Part shown: piece after piece, positions 39,472 through 51,000 of the stretch
Numbering within the stretch: position 1 is the first letter of the stretch
How the letters are laid out: each line of letters starts with the position of its first letter
Program-made: the position numbers and the translations under genes
DNA from: Eledone cirrhosa
Lineage: Eukaryota
Length of the DNA: 64,000 bases
Direction: 5' to 3'
Assembly: GCA_964016885.1 (NCBI GenBank)
Contig: OZ024741.1
Span: 214,644,001 to 214,708,000 of the forward strand
The notes under the pieces: generated by a model
Seen by the model: the letters and a program-made list of their open reading frames with translations, nothing else
What the model was told of the DNA's origin: nothing
Database searches by the model: none

Positions 39472-39919
39472 AATTGTTTCTACTTTAGGCAAAAGGCCAG
39501 CAATTACCCAGTACATTACTGGTACTTTATTTTATCGACCCCGTAAGGATGAAAGGCAAAGTTAACCTCGGCGGGACGTAACTATGATAGAAAGCATGGT
39601 GTCTGACGCTCTACCGATTCTGCCAATCTACCACCCTAATACAATATGAAAATAATTGTTTCGACTTTAGGCACAAGGCCAGCAATTACCCAGTGCATTA
39701 CTGGTACTTGAAAATAATGCAAGATAGATATATGAAAATAGAAAAAAAAACATTAAATAATTATGATAATTACTAATAATATTGATAATAGTAATAATTG
39801 TTTTTTTTATGTTTTGTTTTTTTTTCTACTATTGGCACAAGGCCAGCATTTAGTCAGTATATTACTGGTACTTTATTTTATCGATCCCATAAGGATGAAA
39901 GGCAAAGTTAACCTCGGCG
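39472..39919 (-). mobile_element. Three SINE family 1 copies or fragments (39472-39637, 39657-39710, ~39820-39919)
   Basis: Reverse complements of the family-1 3' end and body. AATACA(G/A)TATGAAAATAAT is duplicated around the first copy. Confidence 0.8.
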
Positions 39920-39922
39920 AAT

Positions 39923-40212
39923 GATTTCATTTATTGACCACAAGGGCCGATATGTAGGGGACAATACACGGACAGCGGGGGTTTACAATAAGAGTGAGTA
40001 AAAATGCACAATAACAAAACCAATTTAACAATGAAAAAAATATAAAAATAAAGCATGAAGCTTATATATATAGAGATAAATAACAAAGTAAATTCCCCAA
40101 TAGGTAGTGAACTACCCAGGGGCGACTCACATACCCTACCAATCCTAAACCACCTGACGCTTTTAGGGCACTCGGGAGGGCACCCCTCTCCTCCTCAAAT
40201 TAACCAGCCTAC
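39923..40212 (-). mobile_element. Tx1-like 3'-UTR-only fragment, related to copy 3
   Basis: Matches 53911-54190 (GATTTCATTTATTG.CCACAAGGGCCGA..CCCTCTCCTCCTCAAATT). Followed by (TAA)n 40214-40278. Confidence 0.85.
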
Positions 40213-40213
40213 G

Positions 40214-40278
<65 letters not shown>

Positions 40279-43200
40279 CTTGGGAAGAATCTTGGGAAGA
40301 AGACGCACGAGGTGACGGAGGTCATGAAATCGCTCCCGTAAGTTTTGAATTTTTAACATATTTAAATCATTTGTGAAATAACAACTCTTAGTACAAATGC
40401 TACGTAAAGCACCCGGCTTGAGCCCCAAAAAAATTCGGACCCAAAATATATTGTTATAAGGCTCAAATATTCAAATATTCAACTTTGTATTGTACACTGT
40501 ATATCCAAAAAAAATGGCTATAAATGGAAGAAGAAGAACCCCCCCCCCCCTCCTCTCCTCTGGCTACACTATATAGGACAGCTAAACTCGCCAACACCAG
40601 AAACTAGATACACCACCCACCCCATCATCTGTGTACACTAAACACAACAGCATTTTCACCTTCACCGCCACCGCCCACTACGGCCATCATTACCACCACT
40701 ATCCCATCACCGCCGCCACCACCCCTTGACTCCTTCACTGCTGCTGCCACCGCTACAACACCATCACTACAGTAATACGGCTCAAATATTCAAATATTCA
40801 ACTTTGTATTGTACACTGTATATCCAAAAAAAAATAAAATGGCTATAAATGGAAGAAGAAGACCCCCCCCCCCCCCTCCTCTCCTCTGGCTACACTATAT
40901 AGGACAGCGAAACTCACCAACACCAGAAACTAGATACACCACCCACCCCATCATCTGTGTACACTAAACACAACAGCATTTTCACCTTCACCGCCACCGC
41001 TCACTACGGCCATCATTACCACCACTATCCCATCACCGCCGCCACCACCCCTTGACTCCTTCACTGCTGCTGCCACCGCTACAGCACCATCACTACAGTA
41101 ATACGGTCGCATCACCGCCACCACTGCCTCGGTATCGACACCACCACCACCACTGTCTCAGTATCGCCAACGCCGCCAGTCTCTGCTGGCTGCCACTTCC
41201 ACATTATAGAATTCCTACTACTAACAAAGAGGAAGGCATCAAAATATATAGATAGACTCAAAAGAAAAAAGAAAAAACAAACAACAAAAGCAGCACAGCA
41301 ACAACAGCAAAAAACGAGAAAAACAAACAGAGAAAAACAAAAACAAAAAAAGACACCCCAAAAACGTAAAGAAAATAAGAATGAAGAGAGAAGCAGGCGG
41401 ACGGACAGAGAAGAGGGGGGAAAAAGTAAAACTTAAAAAACAAAAACTAAGTCAGACATTGGAATACTACATTACAATGAAACTTATGCTTATTCATTTT
41501 TGGGGCCCTTTCTGCCCGTGTGTTTGTTTGTTTATGTGTGTCCGTATACAGCGTGGTGATAATGCCACACAAGGGCCAAGTGGGATGGCGGATCCACAGA
41601 TGGCTATGTAAACATACATTCGCCAATCCTCGATAAGAGTGTTTAAATATCGAACATAAACAGTTCGAATAACGGTGAAATGGAGACTAGAACGTCATGT
41701 GACAGACTCTCACCCAACAGGTGCCCCCTGGCTCAGCAGCAGGAACCTGACTGTCAACCAAATACTGCTGATGTTGGAGGAAGAAGAAGAAGGAAAGGGG
41801 CCAGAACCAACTGGACGAAAGAATTGAATAGAACTGTTATGCAATGCTACCTGAAAAGTAACCCCAAGGAGAGGGGCTACAGGAGACGGATGCATAACAT
41901 CTGGAACGAGATTGGTTTATTTAAATTAGATGAACAAAAATTGGCCGGGCAGGCTCGGGTAATAAGAACTAATGGGTGGATAAGCGAGCTGGAACTGGAG
42001 GAACTGAGCAGAGAGAATGGCTTGGAGATGGCGGGTGTAGTATGCCAGACAAGCGAGCCGGCGGGAAATGAAGGTGAGGAGGTCCTGAGAACGGAGGAAC
42101 CACCCGAAGCAGACAATGATCTGAATACTGAGATAAATAATACCTGGAACAGAGATACGGCCACTGAGGAGATGAATGCTGACGGGCTAGGACAAGATTC
42201 GGTTGACATCCTAAATTTAGTGGTAGATGAGTTGAACAATGATAGTGGGAGACCTATGAACCTAAGATTTGTAGACAGGAAAAAGTTAAAAGAAACAACA
42301 GCTAAGGTAAACAAAGTCATCCCATACCTTGAGGCGAGGAGTCTTCACCAGTGCAACAATATCCTCAAAGCAACAGCAAATACGGTGAGGAAACTACTTG
42401 GTATAAAAGCGAGAGGAAACAACAGACAAGAAAGAGCAGAGCCGTGGTGGAAGAAGCGACTGAGTGGGCAAATCGAGGAAATGAGAAATGACATAGGAAA
42501 GCTTGAGTCACTACTGAATGGGACACTAAAAAACATAGGCACTAAAAATAGACTGGAAATAAAATACAAAACTAGGAGTAAAAAGCTAAATATTATCATA
42601 GAGGAATTGAAGCAACGCATTGTAGCAAAGAGTGCCAAAATCAGGCGATACGAGAACAGAGTCAGTCAGTATAAACAGAACCGCATGTTCGACAACAACC
42701 AGAAGATGCTGTTTGGACAGCTTGAGGGGAAAGAAAGAGGCAACGACTTGATCCCTGGGGCGGAACAAGCTAAAACATTCTGCAGAGGAATATGGGAGCA
42801 GGATGTTAGACACAATGCCCAGGCAGGGTGGATTGAGACAGTACAGAGGGAGATCGGTGAGCAGGCACAGCAACAGACTGATTTGAGTATCACAGTTGAA
42901 ACTCTTAAGGGGCAAGCCAAAAAACTAACCAACTGGAAATCACCAGGCCCAGATGGTGTGCAGGGGTATTGGATTAAACATTTAACATCCCTCCACCCGA
43001 AGCTGACGGCCATGTTCAATGACTGCTTGGTGTCGGGTGAGGTGCCAGAGTGGTTGACAAAAGGTACCACAGTTCTGATAATGAAAGACCGAATCAAGGG
43101 TAATGATGTTACCAACTATAGACCTATCACATCTCTGCCCGTAATGTGGAAACTGTTGACGAGCATTGTGTCTGAGGAAATCTACCATCACCTCCACACA

Positions 43201-45147
43201 AACAACTTGTTGCCGGACGAACAGAAAGGATGCCGAAAGAAGTCACGTGGTACAAAGGACCAGTTGCTTATTGATAAGATGGTAATGGGGAATTGCAGGA
43301 GGAGACACACTGATCTTGCCATGGGATGGATAGACTACAGAAAGGCATTTGACATGGTGCCTCATTCGTGGATCACCAAAAGCCTGGAGATCTTCAGGGT
43401 GGCAGATAACATCAGACAGTTGCTGGGCAGGAGTATGGGGTCCTGGGAGACAGAGTTGACATCAACTGGAGTATCCTTGGGAAGCGTGAAGATCAAGAGA
43501 GGTATCTTCCAGGGAGATAGCCTGTCCCCTCTGTTGTTTGTCCTTGCCCTGATGCCCTTGACCATTATGCTGCGAAAAGTGAGAGCAGGATACAAGTTGG
43601 GAAGGGGAGAGCTTACCATCAATCACCTCCTCTTCATGGACGATCTTAAGCTCTTCGGGAAAAGTGAGAAGGAGTTGGATGTGCTTGTTGACACTGTCCG
43701 TATTTTCAGCAGTGATATATGTATGCAGTTTGGTATTGGTAAATGTGGAGTCATTGTGATGAGGAGGGGTAGGTTGAGCAGAAGTAACGGGATCCAGATA
43801 CCAACAGGTGAGATGATAAAGGAAATTGACTCTGAGGAAGGATACAAGTATTTGGGCGTTCTGGAGGCTGATGGCATAAAGAACAAAAAAATGAAGGAAT
43901 TGTTAAGAACTGAATACATTCGGAGAGTAAGGAGCGTATTGAAGTCACATCTGAACAGCAGAAATGCCATAAGCGCAGTAAATTCCCGAGCTGTGTCTAT
44001 TATTAGGTACAGTGCGGGAATTCTGAGATGGAATGTTGCTGAACAAAAAGAAATGGATAGGAAGACTAGGAAGCTATTGACTATCTACAACATGTTCCAC
44101 AAGAGGAGTGATGTCGATAGACTCTACCTAAGGAGATCTGAGGGTGGAAGAGGTCTTATCAGCATAGAGGACTGTGTTCAGATGGAGAAAAACAACCTAT
44201 ACAAATACGTGACCTATAGTAAGGAGCCAATGCTCAGAGCTGTACTGAAGGAGGGGACAGTAGGCCAGGGGATATCCAAGGAGGAAATAACATCAAGGAG
44301 GAAGAGCAGCCTTAAGGGAAAATCCCTTCATAGTACCTTCTTTGAGAAAACTGAATTTAGAGATCCACAGACATGGAACTGGTTGAGAAGAGGAGACCTC
44401 AAAAAGGCTACAGAAGGAATGCTAATGGCTGCGCAGGAGCAGGCCCTCAAAACGAAGTGGTTGAAGCACCATATCTACAAGGAGGAGGCTAGCCCACTGT
44501 GCAGGATCTGTGGAGAGAGAGAGGAGACTGTGGCTCACATTGTGTCCGAGTGTAAACACCTAGCCCAGACCCACTATAAGGGCTGGAGACACGATGTGAT
44601 GGGCAGGGTGATCCACTGGCACCTGTGCAAAGTAAACAATCTACCACATTCTGAGAAATGGTATGAGCATAGGCCAGAGGCGGTGATGGAGAACAGTCAG
44701 GTGAAGGTGCTGTGGGATTTTAGGATACAGACGGACAAAAAACTGGAACACAATAGACCTGACCTTGTGGTTGTGGACAAAGAAAAAAGATCGTGCCTGA
44801 TTGTGGATGTGGCCTGCCCGTTCGACACGAGAGTGCAAGAGAAGGAGAGGGAGAAAATTAACCGATACCAGGACCTAAAGTGGGAGGTGAAAAGGATTTG
44901 GAACTGCCATGAAGTCAAAGTGATCCCGATTGTCATAGGCGCACTGGGGACTATCTCCAAAGGTTTCCAGGGATGGTTAAAGAAAATCGGCCCCTTCACG
45001 CTTTTTGGAACGCTTCAAAAGGCATGCTTGCTTGGAACGGCAAGAACCCTCCGATACGTCCTGAATATCTGAGGCTGCAGGTAGTGGCTTGATATTCAAT
45101 CCAACGGACTTTCCAGTTAACCAACATCAATGACTGAGATTCAAGGA
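40279..45147 (+). mobile_element. R4/Dong-like family A1, full-length element with intact ORF
   Basis: ~1.4-kb leader with a ~319-bp tandem duplication (40460-41106), single ORF, 75-nt 3' UTR, (TAA)n on both sides. Confidence 0.95.
41680..45072 (+). CDS. 1130-aa reverse transcriptase / CCHC knuckle / restriction-like endonuclease polyprotein
   Basis: Uninterrupted ORF: WKSPGPDG, YRPIT, IDYRKAFD, GIFQGDSLSP, HLLFMDD, YKYLG, CRICGEREETVAHIVSEC, RHD, RPD..D..EK. Confidence 0.95.
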   Translation: METRTSCDRLSPNRCPLAQQQEPDCQPNTADVGGRRRRKGARTNWTKELNRTVMQCYLKSNPKERGYRRRMHNIWNEIGLFKLDEQKLAGQARVIRTNGWISELELEELSRENGLEMAGVVCQTSEPAGNEGEEVLRTEEPPEADNDLNTEINNTWNRDTATEEMNADGLGQDSVDILNLVVDELNNDSGRPMNLRFVDRKKLKETTAKVNKVIPYLEARSLHQCNNILKATANTVRKLLGIKARGNNRQERAEPWWKKRLSGQIEEMRNDIGKLESLLNGTLKNIGTKNRLEIKYKTRSKKLNIIIEELKQRIVAKSAKIRRYENRVSQYKQNRMFDNNQKMLFGQLEGKERGNDLIPGAEQAKTFCRGIWEQDVRHNAQAGWIETVQREIGEQAQQQTDLSITVETLKGQAKKLTNWKSPGPDGVQGYWIKHLTSLHPKLTAMFNDCLVSGEVPEWLTKGTTVLIMKDRIKGNDVTNYRPITSLPVMWKLLTSIVSEEIYHHLHTNNLLPDEQKGCRKKSRGTKDQLLIDKMVMGNCRRRHTDLAMGWIDYRKAFDMVPHSWITKSLEIFRVADNIRQLLGRSMGSWETELTSTGVSLGSVKIKRGIFQGDSLSPLLFVLALMPLTIMLRKVRAGYKLGRGELTINHLLFMDDLKLFGKSEKELDVLVDTVRIFSSDICMQFGIGKCGVIVMRRGRLSRSNGIQIPTGEMIKEIDSEEGYKYLGVLEADGIKNKKMKELLRTEYIRRVRSVLKSHLNSRNAISAVNSRAVSIIRYSAGILRWNVAEQKEMDRKTRKLLTIYNMFHKRSDVDRLYLRRSEGGRGLISIEDCVQMEKNNLYKYVTYSKEPMLRAVLKEGTVGQGISKEEITSRRKSSLKGKSLHSTFFEKTEFRDPQTWNWLRRGDLKKATEGMLMAAQEQALKTKWLKHHIYKEEASPLCRICGEREETVAHIVSECKHLAQTHYKGWRHDVMGRVIHWHLCKVNNLPHSEKWYEHRPEAVMENSQVKVLWDFRIQTDKKLEHNRPDLVVVDKEKRSCLIVDVACPFDTRVQEKEREKINRYQDLKWEVKRIWNCHEVKVIPIVIGALGTISKGFQGWLKKIGPFTLFGTLQKACLLGTARTLRYVLNI

Positions 45148-45158
45148 ATAACAATAAC

Positions 45159-45189
<31 letters not shown>

Positions 45190-46968
45190 TGGATCACCAA
45201 AAGCCTGGAGATCTTCAGGGTGGCAGATAACATCAGACAGTTGCTGGGCAGGAGTATGGGGTCCTGGGAGACAGAGTTGACATCAACTGGAGTATCCTTG
45301 GGAAGCGTGAAGATCAAGAGAGGTATCTTCCAGGGAGATAGCCTGTCCCCTCTGTTGTTTGTCCTTGCCCTGATGCCCTTGACCATTATGCTGCGAAAAG
45401 TGAGAGCAGGATACAAGTTGGGAAGGGGAGAGCTTACCATCAATCACTTCCTCTTCATGGACGATCTTAAGCTCTTCGGGAAAAGTGAGAAGGAGTTGGA
45501 TGTGCTTGTTGACACTGTCCGTATTTTCAGCAGTGATATATGTATGCAGTTTGGTATTGGTAAATGTGGAGTCATTGTGATGAAGAGGGGTAGGTTGAGC
45601 AGAAGTAACGGGATCCAGATACCAACAGGTGAGATGATAAAGGAAATTGACTCTGAGGAAGGATACAAGTATTTGGGCGTTCTGGAGGCTGATGGCATAA
45701 AGAACAAAAAAATGAAGGAATTGTTAAGAACTGAATACATTCGGAGAGTAAGGAGCGTATTGAAGTCACATCTGAACAGCAGAAATGCCATAAGCGCAGT
45801 AAATTCCCGAGCTGTGTCTATTATTAGGTACAGTGCGGGAATTCTGAGATGGAATGTTGCTGAACAAAAATAAATGGATAGGAAGACTAGGAAGCTATTG
45901 ACTATCTACAACATGTTCCACAAGAGGGGTGATGTCGATAGACTCTACCTAAGGAGATCTGAGGGTGGAAGAGGTCTTATCAGCATAGAGGACTGTGTTC
46001 AGATGGAGAAAAACAACCTATACAAATACGTGACCTATAGTAAGGAGCCAATGCTCAGAGCTGTACTGAAGGAGGGGACAGTAGGCTATGGGATATCCAA
46101 GGAGGAAATAACATTAAGGAGGAAGAGCAGCCTTAAGGGAAAATCCCTTCATAGTACCTTCTTTGAGAAAACTGAATTTAGAGATCCACAGACATGGAAC
46201 AGGTTGAGAAGAGGAGACCTCAAAAAGGCTACAGAAGGAATGCTAATGGCTGCGCAGGAGCAGGCCCTCAAAACGAAGTGGTTGAAGCACCATATCTACA
46301 AGGAGGAGGCTAGCCCACTGTGCAGGATCTGTGGAGAGAGAGAGGAGACTGTGGCTCACATTGTGTCCGAGTGTAAACACCTAGCCCAGACCCACTATAA
46401 GGGCTGGAGACACGATGTGATGGGCAGGGTGATCCACTGGCACCTGTGCAAAGTAAACAATCTACCACATTCTGAGAAATGGTATGAGCATAGGCCAGAG
46501 GCGGTGATGGAGAACAGTCAGGTGAAGGTGCTGTGGGATTTTAGGATACAGACGGACAAAAAACTGGAACACAATAGACCTGACCTGGTGTTTGTGGACA
46601 AAGAAAAAAGATCGTGCCTGATTGTGGATGTACCCTGCCCGTTCGACACGAGAGTGCAAGAGAAGGAGAGGGAGAAAATTAACCGATACCAGGACCTAAA
46701 GTGGGAGGTGAAAAGGATTTGGAACTGCCATGAAGTCAAAGTGATCCCGATTGTCATAGGCGCACTGGGGACTATCTCCAAAGGTTTCCAGGGATGGTTA
46801 AAGAAAATCGGCCCCTTCACGCTTTTTGGAACGCTTCAAAAGGCATGCTTGCTTGGAACAGCAAGAACCCTCCGATACGTCCTGAATATCTGAGGCTGCA
46901 GGTAGTGGCTTGATATTCAATCCAACGGACTTTCCAGTTAACCAACATCAATGACTGAGATTCAAGGA
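45190..46968 (+). mobile_element. Family A1 5'-truncated copy, nearly identical to 43369-45147, with one nonsense change at 45871
   Basis: ORFs 45130-45873 and 45874-46893. TAA tracts on both sides. Confidence 0.93.
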
Positions 46969-46997
46969 ATAACAATAACAATAATAATAATAATAAT

Positions 46998-47961
46998 ATG
47001 GAGAAAAACAAACTACACAAATACGTGACTGATAGTAAGGAGCCAATGCTCAGAACTGTACTGAAGGAGAGGACAATAGACCAGGGGATGTCCAAGGAGG
47101 AAATAACAACAAGGAGAAAGAGAAGCCTTCATGAAAAATCACTTCTTAGTACCTTCTTTAAGAAAACTGAATTCAGAGATCCTCAGACATGGAACTGGTT
47201 GAAAAGAGGAGACCTTAAAAAGGCTACAGAAGGAATGTTAATGGCTGCGCAAGAGCAGGCCCTCAAAACGATGTGGTTGAAACACCACATTTACAAGGAG
47301 GAGGCTAGCCCACTGTGCAGGATCTGTGGAGAGAGAGAAGAGACTGTGGCTCACATTGTATCCGAGTGTAAACACCTAGCCCAGACTCACTATAAGGGCT
47401 GGAGACATGATGTGATGGGCAGGGTGATCCACTGGCACCTATGCAAAGTAAACAATTTACCACATTCTGAGAAGTGGTATGAGCATAAGCCAGAGTCCGT
47501 GATAGAAAACGATCAGTTGAAGGTGCTGTGGGATTTTAGGATACAGACGGACAAGAAACTGGAACACAATAGAGCTGACCTGGTGGTTTTGAACAAGGAA
47601 AGAAGATCGTGCCTGATTGTGGATGTGGCCTGCCCATTCGACACGAGAGTGCAAGAGAAGGAGAGGGAGAAAATTAACCGATACCAGGACTTAAAATAGG
47701 AGGTAAAAAGGATTTGGAACTGCCATGAAGTCAAAGTGGTCCCGATTGTCATAGGCGCACTAGGTACTATCTCAAAAAGTATCCAGGGATGGTTAAAGAA
47801 AATTGGCCCCTTCACGCTTTTTGGAACGCTTCAAAAGGCATGCTTGCTGGGAACAGCAAGAACCCTCCGATACGTCCTGAATATCTGAGGCTGCAGGTAG
47901 TAGCTTGATATTCATTTCAACAAACTTTCCAGTTAACTAACATCAATGACTGAGACTCAAA

Positions 47962-47963
<2 letters not shown>
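46998..47963 (+). mobile_element. Family A (A2-type 3' UTR) 5'-truncated copy
   Basis: ORF 46998-47699 ends at a premature TAG. (TAA)n tail 47963-48007. Confidence 0.92.
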
Positions 47964-48007
<44 letters not shown>

Positions 48008-48008
<1 letters not shown>

Positions 48009-51000
48009 CTTTCTTTATTAACCACGAGGATTTACATAAAGTAGACATTAAGGACAGTACAGGACGGCACAAATGGGTATTTCTGCGTGTAAAAAAAAAC
48101 AGAGGAAGTAATAAAAAATAACAATGAAATATTCCCCAATAGGGGGTAGAATTCCGAGGGGCATTTGTGGAGAAAGCCCATTAAAAGGCCACAATGACCT
48201 TGACCACCAGGGCAAGTGCCCTCTCCCAGTTTTCCACCTTTAATTTACAGACACATACTCAGAGTAGGCCCATTCACTCGGGCCATACTTGCTCGTCTTC
48301 AGCCCTTTCAAACGTGTCCACCATACTATCACTTTCGCCATGGCCACCAGACAGATAAAAACTGCCTGCCCTTCCCGGCTAAAGGAAGAGGGCGGGGCAA
48401 TCCTCACGATGGACTCAGCTGATAGCTGGATCCGTCCTACACGTGACAGCAGGTGTTCGACATAAACACACAACTCAGCAATGCTCGGACACTGGACGAG
48501 TGCGTGCAGGACGGTTTCGTCGCCCTGCGCGCATCTCGGACCTGCCCGGCTGACGGCACCTCCATGCCTGTAGAGTTTATCCCGAACTGGCAAAACTCCT
48601 CGGTAGCACTGCCAGGCCAGGAATTTCTGGAAGTTGTCCATAGGCCATGGCCCGAAAGTCCTTCCGAAGAGATTGGCTAGTTGATTTTCGTCGACGCCTA
48701 GAATTTATCCAAGTACGTCGTCGCTCTTCCCCTCCACTAATCCTCTATAGAACGCCAAGGTGGAGTTTCCACCGATCACATTGCCCGATTGGTCGAGGGC
48801 TGTGAGCGCCTGAAGACATTCCAGTCTGCAAGCGCTCCCAGTCGGTCTTCGCTTGACCCAGGACTGCAGCTCCGTCAAGGAAACGAGCTGGGGAAAAACG
48901 CGTCTTGCAAAAGGCGACCACACCTGATTACCGTCGAGGAAGAGGTGGAGATGTCGTAGCCTGAGCGCGTGTCTGCGCATCATCAGCTACGGCATGCCCA
49001 GCCCTCCACGTAGCAGGTGTTGACAACAGATGGACCGCCTGACCATCGGAGTGCGTCCCTTCAACAAAAAGCGAAAGAGCAAACGCTCCAGCGCAGTCAG
49101 GCGGGGCTTAGGACAAGGTACGACGGTCAGGCGGTAGCAGATGACGGACGCGATGTACGCGTTAGCCACCTCCGCTCGATCTTTCAGGGATAGCTTCTTC
49201 TCCGCCCATTTCTGGGTGAGAGAAGCCACCCAGCTCGTCACCTCGTCCCCGCTTTTGTCCGTCTGGAGGTCCGGACCGAAACAGAACCCTAGCAATTTAA
49301 CCGGTCCGTCCGTCCAGCGCCCGACGACGCTGTTCGACGGCATGGACCTGCCTCTCCAGGTGCCGAGCTGCAGGCCCACTGACTTTTCCTGGTTGATCAT
49401 TGCACCTGTCACCGCTTCGTATTCTCTTAGTGTAGTGCCGATCGCCTCGATGTTTTTGGCGTTCGACACCACTACGGTGACATCGTCCGCATATGCTGAC
49501 ACGGATCTTCCGCATCCTAGTTCGCGCGGGACGCCCCTCAAGATCTCCAGTTTGTGCAGTAATGGCTCGAGAGTCAATACGTACAAGAGGGACGAGAGGG
49601 GACATCCTTGGCGGACCGAGCGCATGATGTTGAACGGTTCCGAAAGGTGACCGTTCACTCTCACCACAGAGCAGATGTCGCTGTGCATGGCAGCGATCCA
49701 GCCTCTGAAGATGGGCCCAAAGCAAGCCGCCCTCAGGACTGCCGCTAGGTAACGATGGTCGACCCTATCGAAAGCTTTCGACTGATCTAAATTGATCAAG
49801 GACCCACCCATGCCAGGTTCCCTAGCTACCCTCTCTACGATGTATCGCATGAGGTGGAGGTTGTCGTGGATGGAAGTGTCGGGAATGACGCATGTCTGTG
49901 CCTCTCCCACCAGACCACCAACGACAAGCGCCAACGTCTTTTCTAGCACCTTGGCCAAAATCTTGAACTCTGTGTTTAGCAGAGTTATGGGCCTAAAATT
50001 ATCTATGTTATCCCCCTTGTTCGGATCCTTTCTCAGCAGCGCCACCGCTCCTCGGCTCACAGAGCTGGGAAATTCTCCCGTTTTGTTGCCAGTTGCAGTA
50101 TACGTCCGCCAAGAGGCCTCCGAACAAATCTGGCATTTGTACGTAAAGTTCACAGAGCAGACCATCCAAACAAGGCGATTTAACCCTTGTGCAGCCAGTC
50201 ATTGCCTCCAGTACTTCAGCGGCTGTTATCGGCTTTTCGCAACAATCCGCCTCACTGGCCGAGAGCCGCGGCAGTCCGTCGAGGTAGACAATAAAGTCCA
50301 TCCCTCGATCCGGCCCGCCGCTGCCCCCGAACAGTTGAGCGAAGTGTCGCTGAAAAACTTCACACATTTGCCCGGGATCGAGTAGCATGCGCCCGTCGTG
50401 GTCCACCAAAGACCGGATCGTGGCTTTGTTGCCACGACGCGCCTCTGCCACTCGGGCCCATAGAACGACTTTCGTCCCCTCGTGTCTGAGAGCACGCACC
50501 ATAGCTCTGACAACGCAGCCTTCGTGTTTTGCATTGAAGAATTGGTCAAGGACCAATTTCGCCGCCAGTACGTCGGTCGCGATGCCTTTGCTAAGCGCCT
50601 CGTCTAATTTTCTAACTAGTTCTCCTTCTGCTCTATTTTTCTCTATAGCTAAAGCCTTACTAAACCTAATGGACTCCATTCCAATCGCTCTTTTCAGAGC
50701 AAACCACCACTTGTTGTTGACGATGGCCCCCGTCAACGCTCGCTTAACTAGTTCGCTAATCCGGTCTCTGTAGGCCTTGCGCGCTGGTAAGGACGCGTTT
50801 AGCTTCCAGTAGCCGGGTCCACGTCTATGAAGCCTATCTAAGTCCAGCACACAGATCACGAATTTGTGGTCCGTGTAGCTGACTATATTGAATTGTGGAC
50901 AGCTTATGCTAGACCTATCTATTTCCCTACAAAATACTCTATCTAGACATGATCTGGATGACCCTATGCGATTTGTCCAAGTCCACATTGGCACATACGA

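Noticed and set aside
45190-46968. Assembly duplication of the intact element's 3' half
   Set aside because: The copy has its own substitutions (including a stop at 45871) and a clean TAA-bounded 5' truncation like the other copies, which favours a real insertion. Long reads would settle it.
41710-47815. Recurrent antisense ORFs (e.g. MKGPIFFNHPW.., MAFLLFRCDF..)
   Set aside because: They are shadows of the retrotransposon ORF and recur only because the element is repeated.
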